IMG/VR virus record: IMGVR_UViG_3300039106_000244
Coordinates: 32,001 to 96,000 of that record
Reading direction: 5' to 3' (one strand)
Source: a virus
DNA length: 64,000 nucleotides
In this document: positions 20,634 through 33,400 of the stretch, one piece after another
Position numbering within the stretch: position 1 is the first letter of the stretch
How the letters are laid out: each line of letters starts with the position of its first letter
The notes under the pieces: model-generated
Told to the model about the DNA's origin: nothing
The model's input: only the letters and a program-made list of their open reading frames with translations
Database searches by the model: none
Program-made: the position numbers and the translations under genes

Positions 20634-21245
20634 TTATGCTATAGTACTTAAATTAGTTAAAGTTGAAATACGCACTGTATAATCAATTTGAATTAGTCTA
20701 TTTAATGATTTTTGTACTGGACTAAAAATCACGTGTGTTAATAATTTACCAAGGCCATCACCCGATGTGCTAAATCCTTTTAAGCCCAATTCATCAAATA
20801 CAAATTGTCCATTCAGATCCTGGCTATTATCAAACACTGCTTGTCCATTTGGTTCGCCGTAGTCTAATAAACAACTTACAATAATATCACTATAAATTTG
20901 ACCAGGCACGTGCGTTATTACTAGTTTATTTCTTAGTGGATCACCATTTGCTGCATTGGTATCATCAACAATTTTGTAATATTGCGGACTATATAAGTCA
21001 GCATTCTGTACATTGGTATTAGTCGGCAGGTATGTAATAACTCCGGTAGGGTCAACTGTAGTACCACCATTGCCAAAATGCATTTCTGTAATAAAATTTA
21101 CACCTTTATTACTTAAACTTTGTGCAATTGCTTCGCTCATGTTTTCATAGTGAATAGCATTGTCTTTGTCAACAAACATTTCATGTGTAATAGGATCGTA
21201 TATTTTTAAAAATCCTCTAATACTAAAATTAGCCATTGATAACAT
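20634..21245 (-). CDS. Baseplate/tail-associated structural protein
   Basis: NAIHYENMS, FDELGL, LLTHVIFSPVQKSLNRLIQIDYTVRI; position next to the giant baseplate gene. Confidence 0.6.
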   Translation of the reverse strand: MLSMANFSIRGFLKIYDPITHEMFVDKDNAIHYENMSEAIAQSLSNKGVNFITEMHFGNGGTTVDPTGVITYLPTNTNVQNADLYSPQYYKIVDDTNAANGDPLRNKLVITHVPGQIYSDIIVSCLLDYGEPNGQAVFDNSQDLNGQFVFDELGLKGFSTSGDGLGKLLTHVIFSPVQKSLNRLIQIDYTVRISTLTNLSTIA

Positions 21246-21397
21246 TATGCTCTCTCCTGTACAAATATTTCTTTAGTTTCAGGATCAAATATTTTAATAT
21301 GCCCTTGAATATGTATACCACCGCGCTCATCAGGTTGCTTAGACGGTGTTGCTGTTGGTTGTGTTTTTATTGTTGAATCTTGCATTTTTTTATCCAT
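21245..21397 (-). CDS. Small 50-aa protein (MDKKMQDSTIKTQPTATPSKQPDERGGIHIQGHIKIFDPETKEIFVQERA)
   Basis: Hand translation; TAAATA box just upstream; stop overlaps the next start (TAATG); below the ORF-track cutoff. Confidence 0.7.
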   Translation of the reverse strand: MDKKMQDSTIKTQPTATPSKQPDERGGIHIQGHIKIFDPETKEIFVQERA

Positions 21398-21446
21398 ATA
21401 CTTATTTATTTCAATCCTACTAACAGTTATTGTATTTACCGTATAT

Positions 21447-24400
21447 CTATGGTGCGATTAATGTTGCTGTACTTGCTTTTAAGAATGTAACCGGTGCAGT
21501 TGTTGCTCCATTAAATCCTGTCCCATCTGTTGCTACTCCGCTACCTAAATTATACCATACGTTGGTTGTATGCAATGATATATTAGCTGCAATAGTTACG
21601 TTACCGTTGCTATCAACAAATGGGTTGCCAGCATCATTTCTACCAACTGGCACAATACTTAATGGATACACATTACCTGTGCTTGTTCCATTTATTATTA
21701 TCGCTGAACTAAGTGATACATTGCTAGTTATTGTAGTTGGATAGATTGCAACATTAGATCCATTAATTGCAATATTACCACCAGCTTTACCAGTAGTTAA
21801 TGTTGTAATTCCATAGTAACTTAATGAAATGTTGCTAACATTAGCACCGCTTGTTAATACTGTTAAATTAGCACCAGTCGATGATTGTGTTATATAATCA
21901 CCAGCAGTTACAGTAACATTTCCACTTAGAGCTACATCATTATTTTGATATGTTAGACTATTTGTATTATTGCGTATAACCAACAACACTCTTGCAACTG
22001 AATCAATACCAGCTACTGTCATTGACGCACCAGATACAGATTGTGTTATTACATCACCAACATTGGCACTTACGTTACCAGTTAATGAAAGATAGTACGA
22101 ACGAGTTGTTGTTACCGTATATGGTGTAATTGTGCTAAGTGAAATATTAGAAACTACATTTGGCACAAGTTGATCAATGCTACCATCAGTTATAAGTGTT
22201 CCAGCAGTGTAAAGTGCTGGTGTACCTGTACCTTGTGTGCCTCGACGTATTTGCCCAAGTGTATTTGTTAATAGATTACGTGTGTAATAAGTTATACGTT
22301 CACCATTAATAAATATCACGCCAGGGATAGCAATTTGTCCTAATCCTACTGTGTCGATAAATGGTGCAGTTAACTTACTTGCATCTGCCACAACAATTGT
22401 AGTGTCGGTTATTGCTAAATTAGAAGCAAGTGTAGTCGAATGTGCAGATGCTATACGTAAATAACTTTCTTCACGCATCATATTGCTAAACATTCTATAG
22501 CCAATTACATCGACATTACCATTGATTTTAGTATACACTTGCATATCTAATGTATCAAATACAATACCCGGTACCAATTCTTCAGGAGCATGGCTCGAGT
22601 ATGTATCGACATACGCACCGCCAGCCACATTAATATCTTCTGCTCGTGTGCCTAATGCTAAATCAGTGTAATCACTGCGTATAATCGAATCAATAGTATA
22701 ATCATCGAGCATCGGTAATCCATCGGCATCGTATTGAATATTATCAAATACACCTTCGTCAAATGGTGTTGGCCCACTAAAGCCAGGTGCTTGGTCAAAA
22801 CCAGCACCTTGTACTTTTACACCCGGATATCCAATACCTCGTAATAATTGGGTTAAATCACGAGCTGGCATTGATGCACCTGGCTCATAATATCCAGTAA
22901 TACGATCATTTGCAGTAGTAAAATCAGATGCATTGTAAATAGTATAATCGGTTGTATGTATGAACGTAGATCCAGATACTATATTTGCAGTTACGATATA
23001 TGCGTTACGAGTTGCTGTTTCTAGCGAGCCGGTATGTGTTACTATATCACCAATTGTATAGGCAGTATTTGCAGACCATTCCTGCACCGAACTTGTATAA
23101 TTAACTCTATCAAATTTTAATGTTGTATTAATACTGCGAACTTGATTATTAGCAAGCATAGCATACGCACGTGCAGGAGTTGTACAACTACCATTAATAA
23201 GCACAGTTGGAGTTACATAATAACCACTACCACCAGCGATGATATCAATTCTAATTACAGTGCCCAGGTCAAAATCAATAATTGCACGTGCAGTTGCACC
23301 GGACGCAGCAAGTCCACCATCGACTATAGTAACTATTGGTTCGGCAGTATAACCACTGCCGCTATACTCCACTACGATACTCTCAACTTTGTAATTTCTA
23401 TTAGCATACCATTGACTATATGTATCAGTTTGCCATAATGCCTCATCTTTAATTATATTTTCGCCACTCGGACTACGGAATATCTGTGTGTCAGTATCAT
23501 AATATGCCGGTACATCAAAATCAGATATGTTACCAGCATACTCATCGGTGCTATTGTAGTTAATTGAATATTCGCGTATTTTAGTCGAATATGGTTTAAC
23601 TTCTGAGATATAATCTTGATAATAAGTTTGATTATCTTTAATATAATTAGGAGTTTGTGCAAGTGTTCGTAGGGTATGAGCTACACTAATAAAACTAGTT
23701 TTAAATATCCAATCAACATATTTTTGTTCATTGAATATGTAATTAACTACAACAAAAAATAATTTATTAAATTCAGAATCTAATTCTCCAACAAAAATAT
23801 CATCTCGTAATGCTGTAATTATATACCGAACTTCGATTGTTGGAGTTGTATTATTAATAAGAGTACCGTTTGATGTTTTTAATTGCACAGTTCCATTTTG
23901 AATGCCTACGACATCAAAGTGATTTTGACTATTAAGTACAAGAAGATTCCATCCGTGGTCCCCACCGCGGCTAACTCTAACTAATACATCGTCACCGACT
24001 TTAACCGGTAATTTCAATGCATCGGTTAATGTATCAACTACATATTCAAGTTGAGTTTCAACTCCGTACCCAGGTGCGTACCAATCAACATAATCCCAAT
24101 ATAAATCTGTTTTATAACTTTGTATTTTAACTACTTCCCATGTATTGTTAATAGACAATTCATAAACTACCCAAAGATTATTACGTGTAGTATCTTGTTC
24201 TACTAATATTTTATAACCAGGGTCTAGTGTAGTTATATCAATCAATTCTAATTCTAATTCTGTTGCAATTTTTAAATCATATTCACCTAATTTAATATTA
24301 GGTTGCGGTTCAGACGCAGTAAGATTAGTTAAATCACAATTTCGTGCAATTGGTGTAGTTATTAATACACTATTAGCATAGTCTATTAGATTAGACCATG

Positions 24401-27400
24401 CTGTGAATCTATCAATAAACATTGTTTGGCGCGGTCTTACTCCGAGTCCAAATTTATCTGCTGTGCTCAATGCCGGATCGGGTACAGTTGCACCTAATAT
24501 ATCAATACCCGCTAAACTATCAATCAATTTATTAATAATTTTTGGAGATATTGCGCTATCTGCATTACCTTTTTGTATTAATTCATATTCACTATGTATA
24601 ATATTAGTATTTTTAATTGTATTATAATCAATATGTAATATAGTATTTTGTGATGATAGATAATCAACTATGTTGTATACAATAAGTGCATTATTTTGTA
24701 TAATTGCCGCGTATGGAACTCCTTGATTTTTAGGATTTTCAATTATATCTTGTACCGCAAGAATTGGTATATGTCTAAATTCATTATTTGGGTCAACTGT
24801 TGTTTTATTTTTAACCCAATAAAAATATTTAATACCAATAATATTAGTGATTGGATCAACGAAAATAAGTTCGACGTATGCAGAATCATCTTCGTATTTT
24901 GGTTGGCCTTCGCCGCCATTTGCAACATACATACTAGGTAGGTATGCACTTTCTACCCATTCAAGCACTTCGACAATTGAACCCGGAAATAATTTGCCCC
25001 AGTTGATACTACGATACGTTAAGGTATCTTGTTCGTAATCTATATAACTAAGTAAACTCAAATTCCACCATACTTGGCCAACTTGATTACTGTTCCAGAA
25101 TATATTATCGTTTAAATTAACTGCATTATTTGTTCCGCGGTTGTATACCGCCGGATCGTACCCAGTTTTATATGATATTTCTTGTTCTGCTAATCCAGAT
25201 ATCTTACCCTTTGCAGGGTCAATAAATTCCAGTGTTTTTAAAATAGTATTTGATAAATTACTATATAGATACAATCTGCTAATAGATTCAATGTCTACTG
25301 TAGGTTGTTGATAACGTAATAAACTCCACCCACGTTTGCCAGTTGGATTACTAAACACGTATATGCTTCCGCCATCTGTGATTGTTGTATCATCGCTTGG
25401 TGCACTCACTACAATGTGTCCGCCAATTACATCAATTGCAGCACCAAAGCCATCGCCGGTATTTAAGTCAGTCGGATCAAGTTGTTGACAAAATGCATAG
25501 CGGCCTGGATGTTCAACTGCATTACGTGGATCATCGTATAATTCATAAGTGTATACGCTTCCACTAGCATTAACACTATCAAAGAATGCTGTAGAAATAT
25601 TATCAAATGTTGTTGCTGTTCCATCATCAAATGTAGTATAATGATTTGTTGTTCCGCGATCACTACTAATCACCAACATATATGCATTACGGGCCAAGAT
25701 AACTTTAGTACCAAAATATTCATTGTTACTATGGTACGGGTTAACAATAATCTGCATGAATGCAAATATAGCCATGCCAGCGTCTTCGTACACGGTGCCA
25801 CTTGCTGATAGGATACGTAAACGATTTTTAGCTACAGTTTTATCACTATTCAATCTTAAATAACCTGCTTCATTAACTGCGGTGATACCTAATAGATTAG
25901 CGTCATTGATATCTTGTACTAAACTATCTAAACTTGTACCGGTTACAGTAATTTGGAAGTTATCTAACCGAATTGTATCGCCTGGAGTAAACGTTGGATT
26001 ATGTATATAACCTGTATTAGTACCGTAAAGTGTTCCTCTATTATGGAATTTCCAAACTGCACCGGTGTTGTAAATTGTACCTGCATTGTAATACGGAGCA
26101 CCGATATAGAATGCGCAATTGTTTGAACATATTGTTAACGCCGAACCAAATCGTGCCCCTGCTTGAATTGCACTTAAACTACCATCTAGCGTATCAATGC
26201 CAATTAATCTTTCTAATAGAGTAAATTTATTAGTTTCAATTTTTACAACTTTACCTACCCCAAGTGGCACAAATAAAGTTATTTCATTTGTTCCAGTTTT
26301 TGTATAATTAAATATTTCAATATCATCAACTGTTACTTTATGTACATCGGCTATTATTTCTTGCGTAGTATATACTGTACCATTTGTGCTATTAAATGCT
26401 TCGATTACACGATCATATACATATACTGCACCAGCCTGTGCAAGTGTCACTCCAGTTGACCCAATTACGCCATCTCCTGGTGCACCAACTCCGAGTTGTG
26501 CTCCGTTCAAACTTGCATCAATGCAATATCCAAACTCACTGCCTGCAGGTCCAGAAATAGTTTCAACTAATGTGTAATACGGACCTTGTGAAATTGTAAA
26601 TGTGCCATTTACATTACCCGATATAAATGTTATTGTTTGTCCACTTATAGTATAATCGATTCTTGGAATATATGTACGTGTTGCACTTGTTACTAATACC
26701 GAATTAGCATCAGTTGAGCTAACTATTGTATCACGAGTAAACGGTACTGTTATTGTAGATACGGAACCAGATGTAGTAACATTTCCGGTAGCTTCAGTTA
26801 CAAAGCGTTGTAAGCCATATACATAAACTTTTGGAGTTGCTTCATATGGTGCACTAACGTATAACCAGTGTCCTAACTCATCAAATGCGAATCCTGTACC
26901 AAATTTGCCACCGGTTGCACTTACATTACCGGCAATAACCTGTCCACGAACCCAATTTTCAGTGCTAGCAGTTTCTTTATATATGTACATTAATCCGACA
27001 TTAGCAGCACCGCCTAACCCAGAACTTGTTGGTGCGCTAATTGCTAGTGTTTCTCTTGTGTCGACTCCATCATTGATAAACGAATCAACTGCGGTATCAA
27101 TATGTGAACCAAATGTAAATGTGTTTGCACCATCTGGTATTATCGAAGTTGTTTCAACATATACATTAGATGCATTTTTTTCAAATATATTTACTGCACC
27201 TGTATTAGTTGAGACAGATAAATTTGCGTATAATGTAGTACCAGTAAAAATAGTTTGTTCAGCGTTATCAATCATTTTTAATGATCGGCCAAAACCTATG
27301 TTTGCAGAGTATTCGCTAGTATTTTTTACAAGGCGTTGGCCCATAGACCACGGATGTGTTTTTTCATACACTTTCCATGTACCACTTGGCTGTGTACCAA

Positions 27401-30400
27401 ATGGTTGCCCTTGTACTGCATTAGTTTCTGCATCATCATCAATCCAAATCTTTTCACCTATGTGCCAGCCGTGCGGTGGTACATATAGACGTGCAGTTTC
27501 CATGTAATCAAATCGTAAACTGTGTAAGTTAAATAACATACCATTACCATCAATAGTAGTTAATTGTGCTGTATCTCCAGAATATTTAACTAATATATTT
27601 GTAAGATCGAGTACTTCCTCAACTTGATAGAAGCCATCAAATGCTGTATTAAAATTGCGAGTCATGAACACATCGCCTACAAGTAATCCGTGTAGTTTAT
27701 TTGTAGTAAATGTTATATAACCATCAAGTGAATTAGATACTAAAATAATATTATTGTCAGTTTCTGTTATTCTATAAACATTCCAATTTTGAGTGAAATC
27801 TTTGGCGCACCAAATAGTATAACCGGTGCCCATTGCATTTAATCTATCATCTAAATTTACAAAATTAGCAAGATCAAATATAGTAGTCGATACATCATTT
27901 ATATTTACATAACCAGCAGTTAAAATATCATTACTATAATCACTATGTGCATCTCTGTTTAATGCAATCGTGCCATTATACTGTTCAGTTGATTTATATA
28001 ATTGTGACTTATTAAATATAGTCACACCATTTCCACTAGTATCGGTTACAAATGAAGCTGTTGCAGGATTAACACTAAATGCTTTTTCATCTAATGCAAG
28101 TTCTACATATGGATTTATATTTAATGCACCATACTCACCTGTCCGTATTGCCCACTCTTCGTAAAAATTAATTGAGTTACCGGTATTATTAAATTCTGCA
28201 TTAATTAATTGATTAACTGCATTAGCAGAACCTTTTTGTTTAATGAATCCTTTATATAATTCAATCTGAGTAGTATCACTTAATCCAAGGTCTGCTAAGT
28301 ATTGACGTGGTTTAAATCCAATTAAACCATGACTATATCTGATTTGATCCGAATCATTAAAGGTTGTGTGCGAATTATAATATAATTGAGATTTAGCCGC
28401 AATAGTAGCAAAATTTGGCATTAATCCTTTTTTAATCTCACTTGCTGCAATTTGTTTCCAGTATGCAAACGCAAACTCAATAGTTGCTGATATGTTTTGT
28501 AATGCAACATAAAATTGATTTTTATATTGTACTAAATCACCTTTTAAATAATCCTTGCCACCTTGCCACACATCTATAGCACCAGAATTATACATAAAGC
28601 CCGGTGCATTTAAGCTGCCATCCCAGTCTGCAGTTTTTTGTCCAATTAATTTTAATCTAAATTGTCTATTGCCAAGTTCGGGTTTATATATTACATCGTT
28701 GAATACAGTAGTATTATCAAATATCAACACATGTTCATATTGTACTAGATTTAATTCAATGTATCCTATAACCGCATCATTTGTTAATGTTATTTTAAAT
28801 GAAGTAGGACTACGTAATACATTATAATTTGTAGTTTTAACTAAAGTAAAATTCTGATCTAACACTCTCGAACCATGTTGATTATCTGTAATTGCATCTG
28901 TAATTGCACCTACTGTAACTACATTCAATACATTAGCAACCGGTGATAATACCAAGATGCTGCCTGCAGCCCAACCTTGTTGTGCCCAAAATATGAATTC
29001 TTTAATTGACAATTTCCAGTTACGTGTTTCGCCTAGTTGTTCATCAGTGTCGTTAAATGTAAACCCTTGTGCCATTAAATGTCGTTCGTAACTAATTAAG
29101 AAATCGGCTATTTGTTGTTGACTATTAAACTCGTATCCATATGGAACTGTTAATTTTAAGTTCTGATAATCTTTAAACACAGTTACAGAATTATTTAATA
29201 CATTAATTTTATATGCATTTGAGTTAATTACACTTGGAATAATAGTAAAGTACGGGTTAGATAAATTATATCCACGTACACTATATCCATTTGTAGTTTT
29301 TTCAATGATCACGCCACTGTATGCTATTTTTTCCACAGGAGTTGATTTATATAAATGTACATTATAATTTTCGTTTGGAATAATAATACTATCATTTGTA
29401 CTTGTTGGGGAACTTTGTTCTGCCAATACCTGTAGATATTTTTGATCACTAAATCCTGCCATTTTATATGCAAGATTAATTTCGTAATTTTTTAGTAATG
29501 GAGTAATAATAGTAGATGGATCAATGCCTTGATTTACTAAGAAATCTGCAATCCAGTTTATATAACCTGCTGTTCTTACTACTGTGCCAGATGATGTATC
29601 ACCATTAAATGTTAATGATGTTTGTTTAATATGATCATTGGTATCAGTTAGATATTGTCCTATATTCTTATTCATTGAATAGCGTGAAACATCTATCAAT
29701 AAGCCAAAGTATCTAGCAGGCTTTGCCAATGCAAGTGCTTGTTGCATAGCAAATGGGAAATCACTGCTATTACGCCATGCTGTTTCAACTGGACCTTCGT
29801 GTCCTACTGCCCATGATGTTGCGGCTCTAATAGAATTAAATGATGCTGTCATAATCGATGCTGGATTCTTTAAGAATCCGTGATCGTCAACTGGGATAGC
29901 AGTTGACAGCCCGGGACGAATAAAGTTAGGTGCTATACCAGCATTTTCGCCTCTTCTGATTAATCCTGCTTCTAAATCATCCCATAATAATTTATTACCG
30001 CCGGTGTATGGTGCAGGACCGTACTCTTCTTCCCACCAAGCTGGTTTTATCGCAAACCCTAACATTTCCCATGGTGTCTGATGTGGGCGAATTGTATCAT
30101 AATAATATTGATAACATGCTCGCCAACTACCCGGCAATGCTTCTCCACTAATTCTATCAACAAAGCGACTATAGTTCCATGTAAATGGATCATTACTTTC
30201 AAAAGTATCATTTACTGTGAAATCAATTTTGTTATTACCTATCCAATTTAAAAAACTCTTAGATAATAATTGATTAACTTCTGTTAATGAATAATCATCA
30301 TTTCTAAATTTTCCAGATTTAACAGAATAAATGTCTTGGTAGCTACCATTATCAAGTAATTTAATATTATTGTATATACGTTTTTCTAATTCTAATACAA

Positions 30401-33400
30401 AATCATCTCTGTAATCACCAAATGCCGGTGTGATACTACCATCGTGACCGCGTATAACATTAATAGTAGTGCGATAAGTATCATCTAAAAAGATTTCTGG
30501 TAGAAATTTAGGATATAGACCTAATTTAGTAGGTGTCTCCGGAACATAACATCCATTGGTATCGGCATATTCTACTATTTTAATAATATCATCAACTTCT
30601 AATGTAACAGTGTTAGCAATTGTTATTGCCGGGCGGTCTGTATCAAAGGTGTAATCTCTACCTAGCATTAATTGTATATCATTTAAATATACAAGTATCG
30701 CCTTGTTACTTAATGCATACGCATCAAATACTGTAGTAATTTCATACGAACGTACCAATGGGTCAAATACAGTATACCCAGTACCATTAACAATATTTTT
30801 TAATGTACCATAGGGTATCATATCACTATAAAACCAAGGGAATGTTTTATTTTTAATCTTGTTAATTTCTGTTAATATTAAATCTACACTTGAAGCAGGA
30901 TCAGTTGGCTGTATGCCAGATAACGTTGCACTTAGTTCTAAGAATTTATTTTTAAATCGTGCATATTCTTGTTGTGCATATCGTGTTGCATCAATGAAAT
31001 TTGTAGTATCGTTTAACAAGAATAATATCGCATTAGATACTGGGGCACTATGTTGTAATATATTACCACCCTGTGATTTAATCTCAATATCTCTGAGATT
31101 GCTACTTCCGAATATATCTCCTACTAATTCAGTACTACGTTGACTTAATTCAACTAAATGATTTCTAAGTTGACCAAGGGTCAACGATGTAAGATTAATA
31201 TTTTGTGCATTTAAATCTAAATTTTGAGGAACTTGATATTGTCCTATTTTACTTATTTCATCACTAAAAACTAAAATATCAATCTTATCGCCAATTACAG
31301 GAGCAACAGATAATGTTATTGCATTGTTTATAATCGACCAATTTGATTGTTGTACAAATATGTTATTTTTATAAACCCTAATATGCGGAACTATATCTGA
31401 TGGTAATACCGTAACATCAATTTTAAATGGACTATTAGTTCCATCATAGTTATAGGTAATAAGTTGTTCCTGATGCAATGGTTCATTTACTGTTGCCCAG
31501 TTATTTTTTGGAATAACTGTATTTCTATCTACTATTTGTTGTAAAAAACCAGTGGTAATATGTTTGTTATATTGAGTTTGCTCAACAATATAACTAAACA
31601 TATCTGTATCAAAATAATTAGTAAATTCAATATTACCTTGAGTTTGAAATGTTGTATATTTTAATGGAAATGCCAATACTGTATCAATTAACGTACTTGT
31701 GCTAGTTCTATTATATCCAAATAATTTTGTACCCAAGAATGTACTAGATGAATATAGTGATAAACTTGTTCCATTTGCGTCGTATACATCAAATAACGGA
31801 TCTTGTTGTAAACCGGTTTTCTGTTGGCTTTCAATCCATATATCACCATTATACCACCACTGAGTTCCTTTATGAATTCCTGAGGTTACTACTACAGTAT
31901 CGTATATTTCGTTAGTGGCATCGTTAGCCGGATTTAAATTTATGTATATAGGACCGGTTAATAATCCATTGGTATCAATTTGAATTTGTACCAAATTAAT
32001 TACATAGATTTTATTGCGGACAACAGGATCAATATCAGATGCAAATATAATTCGCATGCCGTCATATAATGTAACCCCAGCAATAACAGTTAATTCTTGA
32101 CCGTGTAATTCATTAAATGCATCTCGTGTAGTTGTATCTAAAATACTAATCGCTTGTTTTCCAATTCTACCAAAATTGAATAATTGTAAATCTTCTTCAA
32201 ATTGTATGATCGGACGTTGCGCACGTAAAGTCTGATTATAAATTGGTTGAACACTATTGTATGTCGCAGTGAGACTAATTATCTCACTATGAAACCAACG
32301 ATTACTACGTGACCATGCATTTAAATCTTTGCTTGCTCGATTAATGGTAATATAATCTGCATTAGCAGCATTACCTGGTAGTCCGTTGGGGTAATTTAAT
32401 GCTATTTCATCATTGTATAGTTCAGGAGTAACCAATGCTGTTACATCGATTAATCGAATGCCCGCTGATGTTCCTACTCCTTCTACATAATATTCTTTAT
32501 TCCGATATGCAATAGGTGTAACATCAGTACTAAAATTTATTTTTAGCCCACTAGTAAACGATATACCGTTAGGACTAGTATACGTTGATTTTCTTAAAAT
32601 GTCAACTTCTACGTCGATATCCCACCCGGTTATGTCAACTAGTTTAATTGCAGTATACATCGATGGGTCGGTTCCATCTTGAATATATAATGTATCCTGG
32701 ATACTTGATATAACTGGCACAACATGCAAGAAAGTATCATAATCTTTAAAGAATTCTTTATTAGCATTTACAAGTCCTGATCTAATATATACTTTTTCGT
32801 CAAGTAATATATCTTGTATGTGGACTAAACGAATTAATGGGTTTGCCGCTGTAGCATCAACAAATTGTATGCGCCATACTCCAAATCGATCAGCATCTGG
32901 AATAATATCTCCGGCATTATAGCCAGGAATAGTTAAGTTAGTTACAGGATCGATAACCGCTGGAATTGTCCATGCAGCTTCGCCATAATTAGTTAATAAT
33001 TCTTGATTAACAAAAATCATAGTTTGACCATCAAGTTGGCCAGTGAGTCCCGCATATTGTGGATATGTTTCAATAAATTGACTTAGATATTGATTTTGTA
33101 TAGTGTCATAGGCTATAGGAAGTGCATAATCAACTGACGCTACTACATTCATTGATACATATCTATTTTGTGCAGTTGTTTGCGGAACATTAAATGTAAT
33201 TGTACCGACGTCTAACCCATTATTAACAACACCGAGTACCTCTCGGGTACTAACTGTCGGAGTTGCATTTACTTTCCCATCAATGCCCAGTTCGGTTTGT
33301 ATCCAAAATCCTATGCCAGGTTGATTAACTTCAAATGTATACTGGCCTCCACGTGCAAGTATAATTGTATCTTTTATTGTTCCGTTTGCGCTAATGTTGT

